A stretch of DNA of 64,000 bases from Octopus bimaculoides (GCF_001194135.2 NC_068989.1:32277380-32341379); one strand, 5' to 3'. Shown: positions 29,095-41,414, counted from the stretch's first letter. Program-made: numbers and translations. Notes: a model not told the origin generated them from the letters alone.

Positions 29095-31659
29095 CAAGGG
29101 TGGGTTGGAAAATTCATAGGTTGACTATGGAGGAGTGATGCAAGAACTGAGAAATCTTGCATGCATTAATTTCAGCTCTCCTTATTAATAACTACATTGT
29201 TTCATTCCAGGTAAACTGACATCTGACTGTTCAAAGAAGATTTCGCAAGTAACTAGTAGTGACTTCTCTTGGAAATAAACAAAATTTGACATCTTGGTGT
29301 TATCAAGTACCCTCAGACAAAGGATTTATTTCCCCAGGGACATTCATGTTGGCATCATCATCATCGTTTAATGTCTGCTTTCCATGCTGGCATGGGTTGG
29401 ACGGTTTCACTGGGGACTGCTGAGCCAGATGGCTGCACCAGGCTCCAATCTGATCTGGCAGAGTTTCTACAGCTGGATGCCCTTCCTAATGCCAACCACT
29501 CTGAGAGTGTAGTAGGTGCTTTTACATGCCACCTGCATGAGGGCCAGTCAGGCGGTACTGACAATGGCCACACTCAAATGGTGTTTTTATATGTCACCTG
29601 CACAGAAGCCAGTCCAGCGGCACTGGCAACGCCCTTGCTCGGATGTTGTTTTCCACATACCACTGGCACAAGTGCCAGTAAGGCAATGTTGGTAACGATC
29701 ACACTCGAATGGTGCTTTTTACATGCCACCGGCACGGGGCCAGTCAGCGGCCTTGGCAACGATCACGCTCGGAGGGTGCTCTTAGTGCTCCACTAACACG
29801 GATGCCAGTCATGCGGTGCTGTCATTGAATTTGATTTCGATTTCACTTGCCTCAACAGGTCTTCACAAGCAGAGTTTAGTGTCCAATGAAAGAAAGACAG
29901 GTACGCCTAAGTGGGCTGGTTACACCACTGGCATAGGCCACAGGTTATGGTCCCACTTGGCTTGCCGGGTTTTCTCAAGCACAGCATATTTTCCAAATGT
30001 CTCGGTCACTAGTCATTGCCTCAGTGAGGCCGAATGTTCGAAGGTCATGCTTCACCACCTCATCCCAGGTCTCCCTGGGTTTACCTCTTCCACAGTTTCC
30101 CTCAACCGCTCAGGTGTGACACTTTTTCACACAGTTATCCTCATCCACTCGTACCACATGACCATACTAACGCAGTCGTCTCTTGCACAACACATCTGAT
30201 GCTTCTTATGTTTAAGTTTTCTCTCAAGGTACTTATACTCTGTCGAGTATACACACTGACATTACACATCCAGCAGAGCATACTGGCTTCGTTTCTTGCA
30301 AGCTTACGCCTGTTCTCAGCAGTCACGGCCCATGTTTCACTGCCATGTAGCATGGCTGTTCGTACACATGCGTCATGCAGTCTACCTTTTACTCTGAGTG
30401 AGAGGCCTTTGTCACCAGCAGAGGTAGGAGTTGTCTGAACTTTGCCCAGGCTATTCTTATTCTAGCAGCTACACTTTCAGAGCACCGACCCCCACTACTA
30501 ACTTGGTCACCTAGGTAACGGAAGCTTTCAACTACTTCTAGTTTTTCTCCCTGGAATGTGGCAGAAGTTGAAGTTGTTCTCTGCACATTTTCAATGTTTA
30601 TTGCTCCTGAGCATCTGCCACATACAAAAACTATCTTCCTAGGGTACGACACTCCAGCTTTATCAACAGTGCAGAAGTGGACAGCCTAATTTGGAGGGGA
30701 AGGGAGAGTCTTGAAGACGACCCAAGGTTTTGGCATATGTTAAATTTCATTGCAAAGACTTTACACTTTGTCCAGTGAGTTTCATGACAGTTTTTGATGT
30801 CTAGAGAAGTGTACAAATGAAATCACATTATTATTGACATAGTAACATAAATTATATTGGACTGTTTTGAGCACTTTGGCAGCATGCAGTCTACTATAAT
30901 TTTGGGTGTTTCATTTTGGTAAGCTAATTGATAATAAAACGTCTACATAATATACTCTAAATGAGTGCATGATTTCTTGAGTGGAATGTGCAAACACAAT
31001 TACTGAAAATTTATAGAAGCTGAAAAGATATAAGAGTGTTTTTAATATTGTTAATAATGAGTGAGGAAAATGTTCTTTCCTATTCTATTCTCATATCAAT
31101 TAGTAATGGAAGTAAAATATTGCAATAGTTAAAGATTAAGTTGGAATATTCTGTCTAATGTGTAATGTGAATTAAGATGAAATGAAAAAAGTAAAGAACA
31201 ATCAAATGAAGTACTTTATAAGTTAAAGAGAGCAATTCTATTATTTTGATCTATCTTTACTATTTTGTAAAATGTAAGATTTCATTCATGCAAAACCCTT
31301 CATATAAATCTTAAATAACCTAACAATTGTTTTCATTTAGTTTACTCCAAACAAAATTTTACTCTTATAATTTAGTAATATATTTGAAGTTTTAATTTCA
31401 ATTTACTCACTAACAATGAAAATGCTATAGCTTGAAAATTTAAACACTTGGTTGAAAATTAGTATTGCAGAGATGATATATTTGCTGTTGATTTTTTTGG
31501 CCAATAGGATAAAAGCTTTTTCACCAATGGGATCCAAGCACTGCAACACAGATGTAAGTATGTGGACTGCAAGGGGGACCATTTTGTAAAATAAACCTCA
31601 TTCGGTCACATTCCATGGGAGTATCTTGGTCAGCCTATGAACTTTTCAGCCAACCCTTT
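29095..31659 (+). mobile_element. mariner element, internally deleted, carrying an RTE insertion
   Basis: TA-flanked TIRs caagggtgggttggaaaattcataggttgac / gtcagcctatgaacttttcagccaaccc. HTH start ...PALSTVQKW...GRESLEDDPR. C-terminal FTNGIQALQH...KGDH. Confidence 0.8.
29353..30642 (-). mobile_element. RTE LINE, 5'-truncated, inserted in the mariner
   Basis: (cat)n tail. EKLEVVESFRYLGDQVSSGG...RIRIAWAKFR and MLHGSETW. Four roughly 65-bp 3'UTR repeats. Confidence 0.92.
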
Positions 31660-31661
31660 TA

Positions 31662-31975
31662 TTGGAAATAAACAAAATTTGACATCATGGCGTTACCAAA
31701 TACCTGCAGAAAAAGAGTTTAGCCCCCAAGGACATTCATGTTGACATGGTTGCTACATTAAGGTATGACACTCCAGCTTTATCAACAATGCAGAAATGGA
31801 CAGCTGAATTTAGTAGGGGAAGGGAGAGTCTTGAAGATGACCCAAGGTTTTGGTGTCCTGCAACTGCTACCATTAAGGAAAACATTGATTGTGTTCATGA
31901 CATAGTGATGGATGACAGGCAATTGACTGTAAATTAAATAGCCAATGTTATTAGCATATCTTACTTAAAATGAAT
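31662..31975 (+). mobile_element. Second mariner 5' coding fragment abutting the first element
   Basis: MVATLRYDTPALSTMQKWTAEFSRGRESLEDDPR...DDRQLTV. No 5' TIR. Confidence 0.8.
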
Positions 31976-32084
31976 TATAGCCATATAAAATGATAAAGTG
32001 CAAATATATATGTCTTAGATTAGTTCAAGCAATTAAATTTGTTTTTCACATCAGATGAAAAATTTGTTTTATTTTATTCTTCAG

Positions 32085-32226
32085 CAATCTTCGGTCTCGA
32101 GGCTCTTCATTGTGTGATATAGCAATTCTTGTAGTAGATATTATGCATGGTCTTGAACCACAAACAATTGAGTCCATAAACCTGCTTAAAGCCAGAAAAA
32201 CCCCTTTTGTTATTGCATTAAACAAG
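32085..32226 (+). CDS. EIF5B: eIF5B exon ([30 protein letters not shown]...ALNK)
   Basis: ttcag/gtaaga borders, 142 nt, phase 2-0. Confidence 0.97.
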
Positions 32227-32988
32227 GTAAGATTGTAAAAATATACTATCAATAAATATGTTCCACTGTTAGTTTTAATAGTATTGTCATTGCATTATTA
32301 ATTTCTCTACTTTTAACTTACTGTATATATTGCTATCATCATTATTTTAATGCTTAGTTTTTTTCATGTTCCCATGGATGAAATGACTTGTTGAGGCAAA
32401 TTTTCTATAGAAGGATACTCTTGTTGCCAACTTGTACCTGTTCCTGGGCAAGCTAATATTTTTCACTAGGATGTATATTATCTGAAAACTTGAAACAACA
32501 CTGATTTTTTTTGTGTGTGTGTATGTGTTTACTTATGAATATATCTTAATCTTTTAATGTCTGTCTTCCATATTGGCATGGGTTGGATGGTTTGATAGGA
32601 TCTGATGGTCAGAGGGCTGTGCTATCTTACAACATCTGCTTTGACATGGTTTCTATGGCTGGGTGCTTTTTATGTGACAACAGTACTACTGAGGATGCCA
32701 TGCATACAAATTTTGAGTACTGAAATATCACTACACTTGTTTAATATCATATTTAACACTGTCAATGTTCTGTATTACATTGTATTTGTATCTGTTGTTT
32801 AAAATTCATTTGCAGCTTACCTCAATTTTTGATCTTTGATTTGTAAAACATCTCTGCTTTAAATTAAATTATCTTACTAATCAAAGCACAGTGGATTACC
32901 AATTAATCAATGCTAACATTAGTTTACATTACAAAAAATTTTATTTCAATATACTGTTGACCAGCAATATTTTTCTTTACTCCCTCAG

Positions 32989-33120
32989 ATTGACAGATTA
33001 TTTCAGTGGAAGACATCACCACAAACTGATGTTTCTGTTACAATCAAAAAACAAAATACTAACACTAAAGTAGAATTTGAGGAACGAAGTAAAGAAAGTA
33101 TTCTTCAAATTTCAGAACAG
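32989..33120 (+). CDS. EIF5B: eIF5B exon (IDRLFQWKTSPQTDV...EFEERSKESILQISEQ)
   Basis: ctcag/gttggt borders, 132 nt. Completes the NKID motif. Confidence 0.95.
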
Positions 33121-33360
33121 GTTGGTTTGTGATTTATTTCCTAATTCATAGTGTAAGATTTTTAGGTGCTTAATGATAGTTGCAAAGATTATCAATTCAA
33201 ATGCTTCCACTATTATTGCATTGGGACCTTAAGCAAGATACATTTGACTCTGCTTTAGTCTACTTGGTTGTGTAACATTTCAACAAATTTGTTGGGAATA
33301 TAAGTGATAAAATAAGTTGTCAAGTAAACTGTATATACTAATGAATATTATAAGAAAATA

Positions 33361-33761
33361 TATTTCTCAAACGCGTGATAATGCTATAAATAGCGTGATC
33401 AGGATAAATTATCCATATATTGCAGAAAAATACGTTACTGGCCAGCCATGAGACTCGAACTCACATCTCTGTGATTACGCGTCAAGTGTTTTACCATTAA
33501 ACTAAACTGCCCAGCAACGAATTCTTCTGCAATTTTAGAACTTATAAATTTAGCTTCATAAGACGCTAACGTTAAATTCAACTTTACGATGAAAGTAAAC
33601 AAAGTTTGTTCTTTTTTAGAAGCGTTGAGATGTATTGTAAGAATGCTATTTATAGCATTATCACGCGTTTGAGAAATAAATTTATTTCTGTTCTTACAAT
33701 ACATCTCAACGCTTCTAAAAAAGAACAAGCTTTGTTTGTTTACTTTCATCGTAAAGTTGAA
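33361..33761. mobile_element. Unclassified 401-bp insertion with a 12-bp target duplication, internal tRNA-like sequence and inverted repeats
   Basis: tataagaaaata at 33349-33360 and 33762-33773. Inverted pairs 33361-33394/33645-33678 and 33576-33643/33691-33762. Confidence 0.75.
33440..33511 (-). tRNA. tRNA-Thr(CGT)-like pseudo-tRNA
   Basis: GGCAGTT-TA-GTTT-AATGGTA-AAAC-A-CTTGA-CGCGTAA-TCACA-GAGAT-GTGAG-TTCGAGT-CTCAT-GGCTGGC-C. D-arm and T-arm are good. The anticodon stem is imperfect, position 33 is G and the acceptor stem has a mismatch, so it is likely non-functional. Confidence 0.6.
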
Positions 33762-34353
33762 TATAAGAAAATAAATGTTAGCTTCATTTGTTTTTGTTTT
33801 TTTTTCTTACTATGAAAGATGCAAATGTACTGCCAGACTTTGGTTGTTATTGCTCAGTGTGCCTTCATATAATTTTTCTTGATTGTATTTTGCCTCTGAT
33901 TAGCTGACGTTAGGCTTAATGAAGTAAATTTTGTGGAAGCTCTTCATTAAGCTTACAACTTCTGATTAAGTGTAGCGTAGAGTATTTAAATATAATTATG
34001 TGTCCAATTTTTTCAATGGTATGTGATTCTTCAGCCAAGCTACATTAAAATGCAGAATGATATTAGATGCAGTTTAAGTACCTCTAACCAAGAATTAAAA
34101 CTAATTTGCTAATTTGACTAGGCTCACTGGAAGCTAAATAATATATGATGCTAGTGAGACATTGAAATTTAAGTGAACATTTGTTGGTATCTTTAAAATG
34201 TCTTGAAAAATATATTGGGTTTTAGACATAGCAATTCATTATTCAAATTTTGTGTGTGCAGTTTGGTATTAATGGGATAATGCTTGCTGTTTCTGGCAGC
34301 TACTAATTAGTATACTATCTTCAAAAGACAAAAGTGCATTATTATGGAGATTA

Positions 34354-34532
34354 TCTGTGTATATAACACCAAGAATGTCTGTATATGTGAATCCCTAAAA
34401 CTCGAGAACTACCCAACCGATTTCATTCAAATTTTACACATGCATTACTTAGGGTCCATGGAGTATCATGGGCCAAAAACTTTCAACTTCTTGCCTAATG
34501 CGGGCCTGGAGCAATCTTTTAGATTGGCTTAG
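34354..34532 (+). mobile_element. Short Helitron derivative (same 5' end as 20231-21597)
   Basis: A|TC start, then gaatccctaaaactcgagaactacccaaccgatttcattcaaattttaca, nearly identical to the Helitron 5' region. The 3' end is degenerate. Confidence 0.65.
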
Positions 34533-34536
34533 TATT

Positions 34537-35120
34537 CATCATCATCGTTTAGCGTACGCTTTCCATGCTAGCATGGGTTGGACAATTTAACTGAGGACTG
34601 GCGAACCAGATGGCTGCACCAGGCTCCGATCTGATCTGGCAGAGATTCTACAGCTGGATGCCCTTCCTAACACCAACCACTCCAAGAGTGTAGCAGGTAC
34701 TTTTACGTGCCACCGGCACCGGAGCCAGTCAGGCGGTACTGGCAACGGCCACACTCAAGTGGTGTTTTGTGCCACCTGCACAGCAGCCAGTCCAGTGGCA
34801 CTGGTAACGATCACGCTGGAATGGTGCTTTTTATGTGTCACCAGCATGGAAGCCAGTCAGCTGCTCTGGCAGCGATCACGCTCAGGTGGTGGTCTTAGCG
34901 CTCCACTGGCACGGGTGTCAGTCATCGAATTTGCAAATTTGATTTGATTTCAATTTCACTTGCCTCAACTGGTCTTCGCACGCAGTTTAGTGTCCAATGA
35001 AGGAAAGGTATGCATAAGTGGGCTGGCTACACCCCTGGCAAAGGCCACAGGTTATGGTCTCATTCGGCTTGTTGGGTCTTCTCACGCACTGCATATTTCC
35101 AAAGATCTCAGACACTAGTC
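34537..35120 (-). mobile_element. RTE 3' end
   Basis: catcatcatcgtttagcgtacgctttccatgctagcatggg tail and three 3'UTR tandem units. Confidence 0.9.
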
Positions 35121-35329
35121 AGGTCTCAGTCTGTCAATAGTAATAAAATAAGATCTGTATTGTAATGTGATATAATATTGTTTCACTTTTAATTCTAATG
35201 TGATAATACTAAGATCATCTTATTTTACACATCAACCGTTCAATTACCAGTTAATAATTATCGCAGCAGTTGCAAGGTATTTACAGTTACATATTAACCC
35301 TTAAATTAACATTTAATACATGTACTTAA

Positions 35330-36621
35330 TCTATATATAAAAAATTTTTTGTCTCTCTGTCTGTTCCCAATGCATTCTCAAACGGTTCCACCAAATCAAA
35401 TTTTACAAGGTAATAGTATCACATTCCATGAGTGTCAACATAATTTTTCTTTCATTTCCATTAAAACAATATAATATTTTATAGAGATAATCTTTCTATA
35501 GTCAAATGTAGTACAGGATATTTTATACCACGACTACAATGACAATGTCACATTTTGTATATGAGTGTGTATGTGTTTGAGTGTACATGTGTCTATCAGT
35601 GTGTACGTGTTTCCATGTTCACCAACAACATCACATTTTGTATATATATGAGTGTGTGTGCATTTCTGCATTAGGTACATTATTCAACACACACTCACAT
35701 CTACATATACATATATGATGACTGACGTGTGTATTACTATATGTATGTGACTGTATGTGTGTGTATCGTCATATTTTCTATATGTATGTGTGTCCGCTAT
35801 GTACGTTATTAAATACACATATATCTACACCTGTACATATGTGATGAGAATGGCTAGAGGTGAAACTCTTGATAAAAAACTATTATGTGGCAGGTTCAAG
35901 GTATATAAAAATATACATCTACCATTCAGTTAATAGTTTATAATTATCACAGCAGTTGTAAGGTATTTACAATTTGCTTGTATTTGGTTAATTTACACTG
36001 CATTCTATGTTCATAATTTTTTTGTTTAAAATATTGAAAGAATATGCCATCAAAGAAAAAACCTCCCTCTAGAAACACCTGTAAAGCAAGGAGGAGTGCA
36101 GAAAATCAAGGCGTAGAGTCTCAGGAGATAAGAGACATGAGACTTTCTCAAGATCAGCAAAGGCATGCTGCAGCACATCAGATGGAGTCTCAATACAGAA
36201 GGGACATGACACTTCCCAAAGATCTCCAGACACGTCAAGCAGACTTTCTCAACATCAACAAAAGCATACTGCAACACGTCTGATGGAGTCCCAAGACAGA
36301 AGGGAGATGAGACTTTCCTCAAGATCAGCAAAGGCATGCTGCAACACTTAATGCTGAATCATTAAAACAACATTTAGCATGCCAGATTACACAGAGGTCC
36401 AATAGAAAAGCTCTCAGAAACAGATCATGTACAAATTCGTTCTTCACAACACTGAGAGCTGCTTTCAGATATGATACATCCCATTCTTGTAAAAATGATA
36501 ATTCTGTCCAAATTGGTGTGCTAAACTCAAATTGTCGTTTATGCAAAGCTTTAAAATTTACTCCACAAATGTTTTATTGTCAATGCTGCACTTTCCTGTG
36601 TCACCTGTTTCAACATAACTA

Positions 36622-36683
<62 letters not shown>

Positions 36684-36727
36684 ACTATACCATTTTAATC
36701 CAGAGCAATGCCAGGTATCTCTGCTAG
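35330..36727 (+). mobile_element. Helitron deletion derivative retaining the N-terminus of the Rep/helicase ORF
   Basis: A|TCTATATATAAAAA start and ccagagcaatgccaggtatctctgCTAG|T end. Internal MPSKKK..., Q/R/E-rich repeats and AAFRYD...VQIGVLNSNCRLCKALKF. Confidence 0.8.
36623..36682. repeat. Compound microsatellite (TA)n(CA)n inside the Helitron 3' end
   Basis: Read directly from the sequence. Confidence 0.95.
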
Positions 36728-37122
36728 TTTGATATAAAATGTAGTTGAGAAATAAATGCTTGGGTTGGTTTAATAAAATTAATATTTTTTGAAAACTGTA
36801 CTTTGAATTGAAAGTTAAGATGTATTTCTGGTTTGGTAGCTCATTTTAAAGATGTATTTGAATTTTTAATAGTATTTTGATTGCTCTAATATGAAAGGAC
36901 ATAAATATTATGACAATCTCTTATATATGGCTATTATTATTTTTTTTTATGTTAGAAACTAGATACTTTTATTGTTAGTTGATTTGGAAAAATAATTCTT
37001 ACAATATTGTAGTATTGTCTGTTAAGAGTAAGCTAGTTTGTGAAATGTAATAATATGGATTGGCTATTTTGAAAAGATTGTAATATTTCCATTTACTTAC
37101 ATTTCTTCAAATCTTTTTATAG

Positions 37123-37305
37123 GGCCTTAATGCTGCTCTCTTTTATGAAAATACAAATGTTCGTGAATATATAAATGTTGTACCAACTTCAGCTCACACT
37201 GGTGATGGAATGGGTAATTTGATAGCAACAATATGTGAGCTAACTCAGAGCCTATTGGCAAAACGGATCTCCTATAGTGAAGAATTACATGCAACCGTTA
37301 TGGAA
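37123..37305 (+). CDS. EIF5B: eIF5B exon (GLNAALFYEN...PTSAHTGDGMGNL...HATVME)
   Basis: ttatag/gtaagt borders, 183 nt, G5 region. Confidence 0.97.
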
Positions 37306-39079
37306 GTAAGTATTATTTTCATAAGCTATCTTGTATTGTAGATTACAAGTTGTTCAGTTTCACTTCAGAAACCCATTTATTTCAGAATTGGTTGCTATAA
37401 AGAGGAATTGATGAAAATAAAAGTGAACTTAGTCAGTGAAACCTTATTCAATTTTATGTCAGTCACTGGTAGCAAAAGAACATCAACTCTAATCATTAAT
37501 ATCTCACTCCACTGTTCCAGTGTCAAGAGTGAAGCAACACAAAATTGCAACATTTCTGCAAATGAAAATAAACAGTTCCCATCAGCATCTACTAATGATG
37601 TTTTGAGATTTTGCTCAGTGTATAAGAATGTTGTTTTCTCTGTTACAAATCTGGTTCCTTATAAAATTGTATTTTGACTAGATTCAAACTTCTTGTCACT
37701 CATTTCATCCACCAGCTCAGCAAAATTTACACTTTTTAATTTTCTTAGTTATTAAGGAAATTAACATCAGATGTACATATTTACTATTAATGTCCTCAAA
37801 CAATTACATTAATAATTTCTTTCTCTTTAAAGTCTCTTTGAAAATATTCAACTAAAAATTTCGTCTTCCACATAAAAAGTCTTAAGTGATACTAACTTAC
37901 AAACAGCACCTCTATTTCTACTTGATCAGGGTTGATCTGATACAGAACAAATTTCATTTAATTGTTATACTCAGCTCTTTGTGCTCCACCATGCAAAAGG
38001 TTAGCAACTGATCAAGTCTAAAGTATTTGGAATATTATCATTTGTGATGTAGTTTTTACAATGTTACATGTGTGGTTGCCATGAGACTATGAGAAGCACT
38101 ATTTATTAGCAAATTGGGCCTTGATGTTCATGGTTAGAGTGGTTTGTTTCCTTGATAATATGTGGTGATTATTGCTATTGTTTGTTTAAAAAACAAAACA
38201 AATTTGTTATTTTCCATTAATAGATGTTCACAAAGTGAGCAGTAAACCTGTAGAAGTACTGTGAATCTAGTGTGAAATGTTTAAGCTGTTTGTGCATGAT
38301 GCTTGGTGTGTAGATAAGGAGAAAGGAAGTGTCATCTGCTCAAACATAGTAGTGTGTGTTGTAGGTAACATCAAGTAGTTTTTAGTATACAGAAGGAAGA
38401 CTAAGAGTCACAGCCAGATTTTACAGAAAACCAGACTTGATAAGTATGAGTTAGAGAAGGCCTTGTTTGCACACATCACAATAACATAAGGAATAAGAGT
38501 TGGATGTTGTCCATAGGCAAGTAACTAAGATTCTTTTACAAGGCTTCTCTGTTGTCAAGGGAACAACATTGCTTTTTCCAATGTTCTCAGGAACATGGAA
38601 TCAAATCTATTGAAGTCATATTGGGTGGTCACTGAGATGGAAGAGAAATTGAGGAATGATGATGCTTTCACCACTTTTGAGGTGTTGCATGTGAAAGCTG
38701 TATGTTGAAGATATCAGAGTCAAGGTGGTTATTCTGTTTGGAGGAATAGGACATACAGTAATGTGTCTCTAAAGATTGTCCGATTCCTGTAGAGGGGTGG
38801 AGTTTGGCAGGGTGGAAAACTGTTTTGAGGTTTGACATGACAACTAGTCACCTTGTTGGACTGGAGTTATTGGAAACATTTTTGCAAATAGGGAAGTAGA
38901 GTTTGGGAAGTGTTTAATTGGGTGTAGTTTGAGGCAAAACAGGCTCCCAATGTAAATGCATTTCCAGCAGGCATACTGTTAATAGGATGGTAGGTTGGAA
39001 GGTTTAAAATCTTTCAATATTGTCTTCATATGTAAATGACTAGAATAAACTAGAGTTAAAATGTTTTGGTACTTTGTAG

Positions 39080-39795
39080 GTACAGGCATGGCTATGGTAT
39101 AAAACCTTCTTCTTCTTAACCATGTAGTTTCAGGGTTAGTCCCATTGCAGTTGCACCTTGGGCAAGTGTCTTCTAAAGTAGCCCTGAGCCAACTAAAGCT
39201 TTGTGAGTGGATTTGGGAGACAAAAATTCTGCGAAGCCTGTTGTGTGAGTGTTTGTTGCTTACTTGTCTTGACATCATATGATAGTTGTAAGCCAGCATT
39301 ATCATTATACAAGCAAGGTTTATTTAAAATCTTCCATGAAAATCTCTCATCTTGGAGGAATATTATCTTGTTTGGAAACTGGTAAGGGCTTCTAGCCATA
39401 GAAAATCTGTCTTACTGAATTCTGTCTGACCCATGTTCAGTCTCACTATGGGGCACCTTGGGAAAGAGCTTTCAACTATAGCCCCAGACTGACTAAACCC
39501 TTATGAATAGATTTGGTAAACAAACTGGAAGAATATCATGTGTAGATATGTGAATATACATATATGGACAAGTGTGTTTGTTTACATCTGTAATCACTTG
39601 TCTGAAAGTGCAGTGGCTGGTGGTGTTGTCAGTTTGTCCTGTTAACATGTCGTTTGGGCATTTTTGTGCCTTTGAAGCCATGTTGGAATAAGTGATCTCT
39701 TACTTGAAAATAGATAAGAGTTGGTGTTAGGAAGGAGATCTAGCTGTTAAATAACATATTTAACACGTACAAGCATGGAAAAACTGATGTAAAAT
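39080..39795 (+). mobile_element. Two tandem old SINE copies with RTE-type tails
   Basis: gcaccttgggcaagtgtcttc...gtgagtggatttgg body occurs twice. The second ends gttggtgttaggaaggagatctagctg...caagcatggaaaaactgatgtaaaatga. Confidence 0.65.
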
Positions 39796-41252
39796 GAGTG
39801 AATAAACTGTATTTTCTCTGAATTCCTTTGCACTTTGCACTTAATATGTCTAATAGCCCAGAGGTACTATATTATTTCTTGTTAAAAAAAGAGGTTGTGC
39901 ACTCAAGAAAAACTCTTAAACACTCAGTTCCTCATCTTTCAATATTGCTAGTCAGTTGTGGTATTTAACAAAAGGTGACATACAATAACAGATATAAATC
40001 CCACTTCTAATCAAGACATTACACCATCATTTCAACACATATGTGATGTATGTATTTGTTTTATTAACTTACTTGATAAAGGAGACATGGATTTTGGAAG
40101 TTACAGCAGAGAGCAAGTGTAGCAGATTCCTCAGTTCTACAATGGGTAGCCTCTCATGTGGTGCGATAAAAAGAAAATAACAACATACCCAATGATTTTC
40201 ACTATTGCTAAATGAAAAAAAGTTTATCTACCTGTCTAAAATAGCAGCTAAATCTTCCCCAAATAACATCCTGCTCTCTTAAATGAAAGATAAATTAATC
40301 CTACCAACTTTAAATAAAATAATCCTACAAACCATTACTAAAAACACAGAAATTCAGAGATGGAATGCAAACAACTATAGATTTAACTATTGACATTTTA
40401 TAATCATTAAAATTGAATGAGGAAAAGAAAAATCAAGCTGGTTAAGAATTTAAGTAATATTCTCAGGACTTTTTTTTTTTCTTACTCTAACTACAACTAC
40501 TGTCTCAAAACATTTCAATCAATAACTTGTTGTTTTACCCCAGTTTAGCCCTGTTCAAAGTGTTTTAGCCATGATCATCCTCTCTTATTTTCAGACAGTA
40601 TGTCTGAGTACATTATTGAGTGTGTCTTTCCATTTTTAAGATGGTTTGGTATAATTTTAGAGCAATTCAACTACTATTGTTAGCAGGTCAAAAAATTATG
40701 CGGAGGCCTTCTACTCATCTGTCTTGTGAGAAATCTAAGTAGTTCATTTCATCGATGCATTTGTTGCTTACAACTGATACATTTAATGAATATCTGCCAG
40801 ATTTCTTTTGTGTGCTTTTTGTTTTGGCTTGAGTACACTGTATCATGTTCCTACTTCCAGCTTATATATATAACAATATTTGTTAAATTTCATCTCATTT
40901 ACAACTATACCCTCAAGCTAAGCACTACTGAATATTTTAATGCAGATTTTTTACTTGTCGCTAATAGTGATTTGCAATCTCCTTTATTTATGTGTACATT
41001 GAACAAATTATAGTTTATTGCAATTCATCTATTTTCATTGCTCATGTTTAAATTATGTTTATTTACTTTAGTTTTTGTCCATTTGTTTTATAAATGGTTA
41101 CATCAGATGTAATACTTAAGTTATATAATAATAATAGAATTTGCTATATGAGATAGATAATTGGAGTTTAATTTGGTGACTGAAGAGATTGCAATTAAAT
41201 TTTTTAAATAATTGGAAGAAAATACTGAAGTGATTTTTGTTGGTTTTCATAG

Positions 41253-41414
41253 GTGAAAGCTTTACCAGGCATGGGAACCACTATTGATGTTATTCTTGTT
41301 AATGGCAAATTAAAAGAAGGGGATACAATTGTTGTAGCTGGTACTGAGGGACCCATTATGACACAAATCAGAGGCTTATTGACACCAGAACCTATGAAGG
41401 AGTTACGAGTCAAG
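41253..41414 (+). CDS. EIF5B: eIF5B exon, domain II ([18 protein letters not shown]...PMKELRVK)
   Basis: tcatag/gtaaga borders, 162 nt. Confidence 0.97.

Noticed and set aside
33440-33511. Functional tRNA gene
   Set aside because: G at position 33, a broken anticodon stem, an acceptor mismatch and no clear oligo-T terminator. Kept only as tRNA-like.
38400-38960. Possible Penelope-like or other coding relic on the minus strand
   Set aside because: The composition is suggestive, but I could not recover a diagnostic motif by eye.
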